DNA of 31,112 nucleotides from Macrostomum lignano (Eukaryota), in contig NIVC01004929.1 of NCBI GenBank assembly GCA_002269645.1, forward strand, positions 1 through 31,112. Direction: 5' to 3'. Numbering within the stretch: the stretch's first letter is position 1; each line of letters opens with the position of its first letter. Below are positions 1 through 8,940 of the stretch, piece after piece. Position numbers and translations under genes: made by a program. Below the pieces are notes generated by a model. The model was not told the origin of the DNA. It worked only from the letters and a program-made list of their open reading frames with translations, and searched no databases.

Positions 1-1403
1 CACACCTGCCTCCCTGACACACCTTCTGACTCCCTGACACACCTGCTTCCCCCTGACACACCTGCTTCCCCCTGACACACCTGCTTCCCCCTGACACACC
101 TGCTTCCCCCTGACACACCTTTTGACTTCCCCTGACACACCTGCCTCCCCCTGACACACCTTTTGACTCCCTGACATACTTTCTGACTCCCCTGACACAC
201 CTTTTTACTTACCCTGACACACTTTCTGTCTCCCCTGACACACCTGCCTCCCCTGACACACCTGCCTCCCCTGACACCTGCCTCCCCTGACACACCTGCC
301 TCCCGTGACACACCTGCCTCCCCCTGACACACCTTTTGACTCCCTGACATACTTTCTGACTCCCCTGACACACCTTTTTACTTACCCTGACACACTTTCT
401 GTCTCCCCTGACACACCTGCCTCCCCTGACACACCTGCCTCCCCTGACACACCTGCCTCCCGTGACACACCTGCCTCCCCTGACACCTGCCTCCCCTGAC
501 ACACCTGCCTCCCTCTTAAACACCTGACTCCCCCTTAAACACCTGACTCCCCCTGACACACCCTTTGACTCCCCCTGACACACCCTTTGACTCCCCCTGA
601 CACACCTGCTTCCCCCTGACACACCTTTTGATTTCCCCTGACACCGTCTGACTCCCCTGACACACCTGCCTCCCCTGACACACCTGCCTCCCCTGACACA
701 CCTGCCTCCCCTGACACACCTGCCTCCCCCTGACACACCTTTTGACTCCCTGACACACTTTCTGACTCCCCTGACACACCTTTTTACTTACCCTGACACA
801 CTTTCTGTCTCCCCTGACACACCTGCCTCCCCTGACACCTGCCTCCCCTGACACACCTGCCTCCCGTGACACACCTGCCTCCCCTGACACACCTGCCTCC
901 CCCTGACACACCCTTTGACTCCCCCTGACACACCCTTTGACTCCCCCTGACACACCTGCTTCCCCCTGACACACCTTTTGACTTCCCCTGACACACCTTC
1001 TGTCCCCCCTGACACACGTGCCTCCCCCTGACACACCTTTTGACTCCCTGACACACTTTCTGACTCCCCTGACACACCTTTTGACTTACCCTGACACACT
1101 TTCTGTCTCCCCTGACACACCTGCCTCCCGTGACACACCACTGCCTCCCCTGACACACCTGCCTCCCTCTTAAACACCTGACTCCCCCTGACACACCTGC
1201 TTCCCCCTGACACACCTTTTGACTTCCCCTGACACACCTTCTGTCCCCCCTGACACACCTGCCTCCCCCTGACACACCTTTTGACTCCCTGACACACTTT
1301 CTGACTCCCCTGACACACCTTTTGACTTACCCTGACACACTTTCTGTCTCCCCTGACACACCTTTTGACTTACCCTGACACACTTTCTGTCTCCCCTTAC
1401 ACA
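1..1403. repeat. Complex minisatellite built on CCTGACACAC, variable 17-22 bp subunits
   Basis: Continuous reiteration of cccctgacacacct... variants; runs off the window start. Confidence 0.95.
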
Positions 1404-1506
1404 CCGACTAAACCTTGATACACCGTCTGACACTGTCTGACTCCTTACTGACACATTGTCTGATACCCCCTGACTCATCATCTGCAGCACCCTCTGAGCG
1501 ACTTAC

Positions 1507-1580
1507 CCTCGTGACGTTCCTTGACGCGGTCTCAAACCTCCTTGACCTTCATTTGCCCTTCGGCCCCAGAAATCCGCCAT
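1507..1580 (-). CDS. Possible first coding exon (MADFWGRRANEGQGGLRPRQGTSR) of a gene continuing off the left edge
   Basis: ATG at 1580 has an upstream in-frame TGA and is followed by a consensus donor GTAAGT at 1506-1501. An acceptor TTTACAG lies at 1645 and a small candidate exon at 1970-1942. No homology recognised. Confidence 0.3.
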
Positions 1581-2227
1581 TTCCTCTTCCACTGCCGCAG
1601 CGGCTCACCCTCCGCAATCTTCCACAATCTGCTCGGCCCTGGCGCTGTAAATCTGCTTCTCCGCCCCTCATCTTTAAGCTGTGATGATTCATTAGGCCGC
1701 TGATTTAGCTTATTGTGCTCCCCACTGTGCTCTGTACAGCCCCGCACAGCCCGGCACTGCAACTTCTCTGCTTCATCATTTTTGTGTCATTGTGCTAACA
1801 GCCAGTGCAAAACCGTTTTTTATTATTGTCAAGATGAAGCGTTTCTTCAGCCTCCGGTAGGCAGCGGTTTTCGGAGATGACGCGGTTGGGAGGGGTCTGC
1901 CTTGTTTTGCTTGGCCTTTTTTACTGCAGCCCGTTTTTTACCTGTCCCCCGAGTTCGGCACACATTTTTACTAAAGGAGAAGCGTTAAATTTTATTCTCT
2001 CTGCGTGTTTCTCTCTTTGACCTTTTTTATCTTCAATAAAAATCTGCTAATAAAAATGCTAAGAACTTTACTGTTTATTATAATTTATCTGTCGGTAATG
2101 CGATCAGCGAGTAGTTCAAAATATATACCTGCGTAATTTACATTTTTATTCTGATCCAATTGGCTTCTTGATCGATTTTTTACCTTGAGCTTGATCACAT
2201 AAAGCTGAGCTTTGAGGCTTTATGCTT

Positions 2228-2648
2228 AGCGGAGGAGATTCCCAGCTGAGCGGAGGGATTGCCAGCTGAGCGGAGGGGATTGCCAGCTGAGCGGAGGGGA
2301 TTGCCAGCTGAGCGGAGGGGATTGGCAGCTGAGCGGAGGGGATTGGCAGCTGAGCGGAGGGATTGGCAGCTGAGCGGAGGGATTGCCAGCTGAGCGGAGG
2401 GATTGCCAGCTGAGCGGAGGGGATTGCCAGCTGAGCGGAGGGGATTGGCAGCTGAGCGGATGGGATTGCCAGCTGAGCGAAGGGGATTGGCAGCTGAGCG
2501 GAGGGGATTGCCAGCTGAGCGAAGGGGACCGGTAGCTGAGTGGAGGGGATTGGCAGCTGAGCGGAGGGGATTGGCAGCTGAGCGGAGGGGATTGGCAGCT
2601 GAGCGGAGGGGATTGCCAGCTGAGCGGAGGGGATTGCAGCTGAGCGGG
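2228..2648. repeat. 21-22 bp minisatellite GGATT(G)GC(C)AGCTGAGCGGAGG
   Basis: About 19 near-identical units. Confidence 0.95.
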
Positions 2649-2761
2649 GTGGTTCGGCAGCAGTGTGCTGAATGCATTTTTGTCGAATTGGATCCAGGAG
2701 TCCAGTAGTATGAACAAAGTGTGCAATTTTGGAGAAGTGAAATACCCGAGTAGGTCAACAC

Positions 2762-2767
2762 TTTATT
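2762..2767 (-). terminator. Probable polyadenylation signal AATAAA of the membrane-protein gene
   Basis: tttatt on the + strand, about 190 nt downstream of the stop at 2959. Confidence 0.45.
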
Positions 2768-2958
2768 GTGCAATTTCATGAGAGTATGATGGAAGATTCC
2801 GTACTTGAATGATATATGCTTACATTACAAGTAAGAAAGGAGCGGCCACAGCCCCTGCAAAAGCTGCAGACAGTGCCTCAAACAGTGGAACCTGGCAGAT
2901 ACCACAGGCTCAGTTCGAGTTTGGAGCTGGAGCACGCGGTTCCGCACCCCCAGCGCCA

Positions 2959-4655
2959 TCACGGAGCCGAGGCCATGGGGCCCGTCCCCCGAACTAGCAG
3001 CTTCCGGTCGATGTGGTCCGGATCGCGGATCTCCAGGTCCACCGGCTCCCAGTGCTGCTGCGCCACCAGCGACTCAACGGACGGCTCCAGCCGGCCTGTC
3101 AGCAGCGCCCAGGCGATCAGGATGGCGCAGGCCGCCACCAGGAAGGTCGCAGCGGTCCCGGCCACCAGACCAACCCAGCTGTGGCTGCGGACAACTTCCG
3201 GCTTGGCCAGCTGCTGCAGCAGGAAGCGGTGGATGTCGGCTGGTAGGTCCGCGTCCATTGCGCTGCCGATCTGCCGATCACCGTTGGTGCACAGAGCTTG
3301 CTGCCGCGGAACTGCAGGTGGGGCTGCTGCTCTGTGACACCGCCTATGTCTCCGTTCCCTGTCTCCCTCCCTCTGTCTCCTCCCTCTGTCTCCTCCCTCT
3401 GTCTCCTCCCTCTGTCTCCTCCCTCTGTCTCCTCCCTCTGTCTCCCTCCTCTGTCTCCCTCCCTCTGTCTCCTCCCTCTGTCTTCCCCCCTGTCTCCCTC
3501 CCTCTGTCTCCTCCCTCTGTCTCCCTCCCTCTTTCTCCCTCCCTCTGTCTCCCTCCCTGTATCTCCTCCCTCTGTCTCCTCCCTCTGTCTCCCTCCCTCT
3601 GTCTCCCTCCCTCTGTCTCCCTCCCTCTGTCTCCCTCCCTCTGTCTCCCTCCCTCTGTCTCCCTCCCTGTATCTCCTCCCTCTGTCTCCTCCCTCTGTCT
3701 TCCCCCCCTGTCTCCCTCCCTCTGTCTCCTCCCTCTGTCTCCCTCCCTCTGTCTCCCTCTCTCTGTCTCCCTCTTTGTTATTCGCCCTCTCCCTCTACCA
3801 TCGCCTTCCATCTCCAATATCCCTCTACTTCTCTCCCAATCATTCCCGATCCTCCAGTTCGCTGACCAATCGTCTCCGCCAGTCTGAATCATTCCCATCC
3901 CACCTGTTCTGGCGGAACTCACTCCGGATGTAGCCAGCAGATCTCCAGGCGCTTTCAGAGCAATTAAGAAGCGATTTCGTCCTGTAGAGCTCGGTGTTTG
4001 AGCTCGACGCTCCGAACTCCAGCTGTAATTAAAATGTTACTAAAGATTGAGAAGTGGTGATAGACGAATAGGGAGAGACGGGTAGAGTGACAAGTAGAGT
4101 GACGGGCAGAGTGACGAGTAGAGTGACGGGTAGAGTGACGGGTAGAGTGACGGGTAGAGTGACAAGTAGAGTGACGGGCAGAGTGACGAGTAGAGTGACG
4201 GGTAGAGTGACGGGTAGAGTGACGGGTAGAGTGACGGGCAGAGTGACGAGTAGAGTGACGGGTAGAGTGACGGGTAGAGTGACGGGTAGAGTGACGGGTA
4301 GAGTGACGGGTAGAGTGACGGGGAGAGTGACGGGTAGAGTGACGGCGAGAGTGACGGCGAGAGTGACGGCGAGATTGACGGGGAGAAGTTGGGAGATTTT
4401 TTATGTGATTAGTCATACGGCACCGACTCTAACAGAAGCCGCGCACTCACCAGGATGCGGTAGGCCCGGGAGCAGAACAAAAGCTTTGCACTGAGGCGCA
4501 GCAGGGCGTAGCGATATCTCTGCCCGTCGGGCATAAGCAGCTGCTTCTGCGGGGTTGGCGACTGCTTTTGCTGAACAGCTGGCAAACAGACAGACGGACA
4601 GACAGACAGGCAGACAGACAGACAGACAGGCAGACAGACAGACAGACAGGCAGGC

Positions 4656-4696
<41 letters not shown>

Positions 4697-4699
4697 GGC

Positions 4700-4764
<65 letters not shown>

Positions 4765-4771
4765 GGCAGGC

Positions 4772-4816
<45 letters not shown>

Positions 4817-4843
4817 GGCAGACAGACAGATAGACAGACAGGC

Positions 4844-4880
<37 letters not shown>

Positions 4881-4905
4881 GGCAGGCAGACAGACAGACA
4901 GACAG

Positions 4906-4952
<47 letters not shown>

Positions 4953-6190
4953 GGCAGACAGACAGATAGACAGACAGGCAGACAGACAGACAGGACTCAC
5001 CATTTCTACAACTGTCCCGTTGCCATCCTGTTTTCTCCACATGTCCTCAAAGCAGATCTTGGCCACTTCGGGCTGCCCGCAGTCGCTGGAGTTGTCGCAT
5101 TGCCAAAAAAGGTGCAGCAGCTGGTCGGAGCCGTTTTGCAGGACCTTAGCGTGCAGGGGCAGCGTCTGCTCAGCTGCGGGTTGAACCGCGATGTTTTTTG
5201 AAAACTTTGCTTAACTTTGCATGCGGGAACTTGGTTGGCAACCCGTCTGTTTTCAGTCGCCTACTTGATTTTCCGTCTGCCTACCTGTCCTTCTGCTAGC
5301 CTACCTGTCCTTCTGCTAGCCTACCTGTCCTTCTGGTAGCCTACCTGACCTTCTGGTAGCCTACCTGTACTTCTGATAGCCTACCTGTCCTTCTGGTAGC
5401 CTACCTGTTCTTCTGGTAGCCTACCTGTCCTTCTGGTAGCCTTACCTGACCTTCTGGTAGCCTTCCTGTCCTTCTGGTAGCCTACCTGACCTTCTGGTAG
5501 CCTACCTGTCCTTCTGGTAGCCTTCCTGTCCTTCTGGCAGCCTACTTGTCCTTCTGATAGCCTACCTGTCCTTCTGGTAGCCTACCTGACCTTCTGGTAG
5601 CCTACCTGTCCTGCTAGCCTACCTGTCCTTCTGGTAGCCTACCTGACCTTCTGGTAGCCTACCTGTACTTCTGATAGCCTACCTGTCCTTATGGTAGCCT
5701 ACCTGTCCTTCTGGTACCCTTACCTGACCTTCTGGTAGCCTACCTGTCCTTCTGGTAGCCTACCTGTCCTTCTGGTAGCCTACCTGTCCTTCTGGTAGCC
5801 TACCTGACCTTCTGGTAGCCTACCTGTCCTTCTGCTAGCCTACCTGTCCTTCTGGTAGCCTACCTGTCCTTCTGGTAGCCTACCTGTCCTTCTGGTAGCC
5901 TTCCTGTCCTTCTGGCAGCCTACTTGTCCTTCTGATAGCCTACCTGTCCTTCTGGTAGCCTACCTGACCTTCTGGTAGCCTACCTGTCCTTCTGATAGCC
6001 TACCTGTCCTTCTGGTAGCCTACCTGTCTTTCTGGTAGCCTTCTTGTCCTTCTGGTAGCCTACCTTTTTGGATGCTTGTCAGATTTTCTGGTTGCGCGAG
6101 TCAGGCGAGTCTCTTACCTGGGCAGCAACATGGGAAGCTGCAAGCTGAGATGAAGGCAGCCAGCGCCACCAAACAACTGCGAAGGGTCAT
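2959..6190 (-). CDS. Orphan type I single-pass membrane protein, 272 aa, 5 coding exons: 6190-6118, 5173-5001, 4570-4451, 4022-3923, 3311-2959
   Basis: All four introns are GT-AG (donors GTAAGA, GTGAGT x3) with matching phases (1,0,0,1), 819 nt in total. Signal peptide MTLRSCLVALAAFISACSFPCCCP. Four N-glycosylation sequons (NGS, NSS, NGT, NCS) precede the TM helix SWVGLVAGTAATFLVAACAILIAWALL. AATAAA on the minus strand at 2762-2767. No family recognised. Confidence 0.75.
3348..3775. repeat. CT-rich degenerate repeat (CTCCCTCTGT)n in intron 4 of the membrane-protein gene
   Basis: Direct inspection. Confidence 0.9.
4075..4384. repeat. 12-bp minisatellite GTAGAGTGACGG in intron 3
   Basis: About 25 units. 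Confidence 0.95.
4585..4994. repeat. (GACA)n microsatellite with GGCA/GATA variants, filling intron 2
   Basis: About 100 tetramer units. Confidence 0.97.
5279..6065. repeat. 20-bp minisatellite CTACCTGTCCTTCTGGTAGC in intron 1
   Basis: About 39 units. Confidence 0.97.
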
Positions 6191-6847
6191 GGGAGGCGGA
6201 GATATTGCACTGCGAATTTCTGAGCACCTCTGCGGCCAGCTGCGGCACTTGCTAGCTGAGATTGTAGCCTGCAAGGTGTGTCTGAGCTGAGACAGCTATA
6301 CTTAAGCTAGAGTAAGCCCTGTTACTGTGCCATTGTTCTCCATCTGTCTCTCTGCCTCTGTTTGTACACTCTGCTTTCACACTATCCTGTTTTCTTGTTT
6401 TCTTGTTTGGTTGATTCATCCACAGCGTCTCATTGCCGAAGTCCTGCATCTAAAGCTTTTTATTTATTTCCGGTACCTGTCGAGTGGTAACTGCGACTGG
6501 GCTTACCGGAAAAAATATTTTTAAGAATAATCTTAGCTTAATTTAATGAAGAAATGAGAGAAGCATCGATTCGGATGCTTGCGGAGCATCTACAATGAAT
6601 ACATTCCGGATGAAGAAAATTTAAATGTAAAAGTATGTCTCAGAGCTTCATGTTCTGATATTTAAAAAGGTCCTTACATCCTTATTAATGCGGCTTGCTG
6701 CATACGAGTAGCTTACTTAAAGTAGCTATCCGTGATGTTGAAGTTTAAGCTTTTACCACAAAAATTGCCCTGATGAGGTTACGGTTTTCTCTCGTGGTTT
6801 CCCACCGAGACTTGAATGGAAAACAGATGGATATCTCAAGGGGGGGA

Positions 6848-7266
6848 CTCCGAAACTCCAGGTGGGAAAACTCCCAAAACTCCAGGTGGTAAAATGCGGT
6901 GGGAAAACTCCGGTTGGGAAAACTCCAGGTGGGAAAACTCCAGTGGAAAAACTCCGAAACTCCGGGTGGGAAAACTCCGAAACTCCAGGTGGGAAAGCTC
7001 CGAAAACTTCAGGTGGGAAAACTCCGAAACTCCAGGTGGGAAAACTCCGAAACTCCAGGTGGGAAAACTCCGAAACTCCATGTGGGAAAACTCCGAAACT
7101 CCAGGTGGGAAAACTCCGAAACTCCAGGTGGGAAAACTCCGAAAACTCCAGGTGGGAAAACTCCGAAAACTCCAGGTGGGAAAACTCCGAAAACTCCAGG
7201 TGGGAAAACTCCGAAAACTCCAGGTGGGAAAACTCCGGTGGGAAAACTCCGAAAACTCCAGGTGGA
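6848..7266. repeat. 23-24 bp minisatellite GGTGGGAAAACTCCGAAA(A)CTCCA
   Basis: Direct inspection. Confidence 0.93.
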
Positions 7267-7471
7267 GCCTGAAGCCATCCCAGCTTAGGGATGAGAATGC
7301 ACTCGCAAGTGAAGCAAAACGAGCTATCCTCCTCATTTGAAAAAAAATATTTTTCCTGAGCCTGCCAGGCCATGCAAAAGCAATTACATGTATAATGCAA
7401 GTCAATCTGCTCCATTCTAGTGAGCTGTACATTCACTCCACAGTTGGACTGCAACTGCGACAGGCCGTACG

Positions 7472-8412
7472 TAGGGATTCCAATCCCGGGATCCCGGGAT
7501 CCCGGGATCCCGGGATTGGGGCCAAAAATCCGGGATTTGAATCCCGGGATTTTTTTGGGAATCGAATCCCGGGATTTTTAATCCCGGGATTGCAAAAGAC
7601 CGGGATCGGGATCCCGGGATTTCAAGGCCTTAATCCCGGGATTGGTCCGGGATTAGAACGACCTTTCAATGCCTAAATTAGATAATTTAAAGTCTAAACG
7701 TTTATTTGAATAATAAAACATTTATTTGTTTTTGCTGTTTCTCAATGAAACGTTAAACATTTGCAAAGCTCCTGTCCTAATTGAGCTAAAAATTGTTAAT
7801 GTGAACTGTAAATTATAGATAATTTTAACTTTTTTTTCGTTTTCTACCACGAGACGAGACTGAGGGCCTTTTCATATTGCTTGCTCTGGTTCCAGAACAA
7901 GAACCAATTTGTGAAGTATAAACTTTTTGTCTCCATAACTAGAGGGAGATACGTGCTATAAAGTTTTTATAATTGAATGACAGTCGCCAAGAAGAAAGTG
8001 AAAAATTGTGCTAAGTGAGGCTGTTAAGGCAGTCAAATATTAACAGAGTTTAATAGTTATACTGCTGTTTTTCTTGGAATTCCGAACCGATTCTGGTTCT
8101 GGAATTGGTAATATGAAAAGGCCCTGAGACTCTGAGAGTCGCGAGACCATGACTACTGCACGCGGCACGCCGCACAGTCCGTCTAGCAATTTAGGGATTC
8201 CAATCCCGGGATCCCGGGATCCCGGGATTGGGGCCAAAAATCCGGGATTTGAATCCCGGGATTTTTTTGGGAATCGAATCCCGGGATTTTTAATCCCGGG
8301 ATTGCAAAAGCACCGGGATTCCGGGATTTTGAATCCCGGGATTTCAACAGCATCGGGATTTCGGGACTATTCAATCCCGGGATTGTAAAATGTCGGGATT
8401 TTGGAATCCCTA
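7472..8412. mobile_element. Non-autonomous hAT-superfamily DNA transposon (MITE-like), 941 bp
   Basis: Perfect 12-bp TIRs TAGGGATTCCAA (7472-7483) and TTGGAATCCCTA (8401-8412). Identical 8-bp TSD GCCGTACG at 7464-7471 and 8413-8420. Many subterminal ATCCCGGGAT palindromes. No transposase ORF. Confidence 0.9.
7864..8124. mobile_element. PIF/Harbinger-like MITE, 261 bp, nested in the hAT element
   Basis: 15-bp TIRs GGGCCTTTTCATATT / AATATGAAAAGGCCC flanked by a 3-bp TGA duplication (7861-7863, 8125-8127). Subterminal TTCCAGAAC(A/C)AGAA similarity at both ends. Confidence 0.7.
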
Positions 8413-8818
8413 GCCGTACGGCAGTGCAGAAATCCAGCAAGCTCTTGCTTGAGACGAAAGACCGCTTCTCTAACCTGCCCGCTCAGCTCAAGCCCGGCCG
8501 AGACACAGGGACAAGCCTGCGCCTTCTCTAAACACTTCTCCTGACACATGCAATGTACATTGCAGGCGGTGAGTACGCAGGTGGTACGGGGGCTTGGAGT
8601 TTCAGGGGGGGAAGAGGGGCGGTCGCGAAGGTAAGGGCAGGGGGGTCCCTCGCTGCTTCATTATTGTTCACCCCCTCGCCTTGCGCACACGGGGTCAGGG
8701 AGAGAGGGGGAGAGAGAGGGAGAGGGGCGCGGAGCCCCACCTCACCTCCGCCGCCTTGTCCACAGCTATTCAAGAGCAACCCCCTGCCCCCGCAAGTCGC
8801 ACAAGCGCGAGAGAAACC

Positions 8819-8827
8819 CCGGAAGTG
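8819..8827 (+). promoter_or_regulatory. ETS-type motif CCGGAAGTG upstream of the tetraspan gene, between divergently transcribed genes
   Basis: Exact consensus about 115 nt upstream of ATG 8941; function untested. Confidence 0.35.
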
Positions 8828-8940
8828 ACTCGGCGCAGCTCAGTGGATTTCATTAGGAGCAGCTAAAGAATTCTCAAGCCACCGACTTTGGGCAGAGCGA
8901 GGCCGGCAGCAGAGGCGACAAAGGCAGCTCCGGCAAAACA

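Noticed and set aside
1507-1644. Minus-strand frame reads ARAEQIVEDCGG-TGA-AAAAVEEEMADFW, resembling the CGGU selenoprotein M motif
   Set aside because: The downstream sequence does not resemble SelM. The candidate upstream exon (1965-1942) is phase 0 and does not join this frame, the TGA also lies within a GTGAG donor-like site, and no SECIS is visible. A SECIS or homology search would be needed to revive it.
6113-6125. CTTACCTGG resembling the U1 snRNA 5' end
   Set aside because: It is the reverse complement of the exon 1 donor; the rest does not match U1.
8549-8564. Perfect 16-bp palindrome TGCAATGTACATTGCA
   Set aside because: Roughly one such palindrome is expected by chance in 31 kb.
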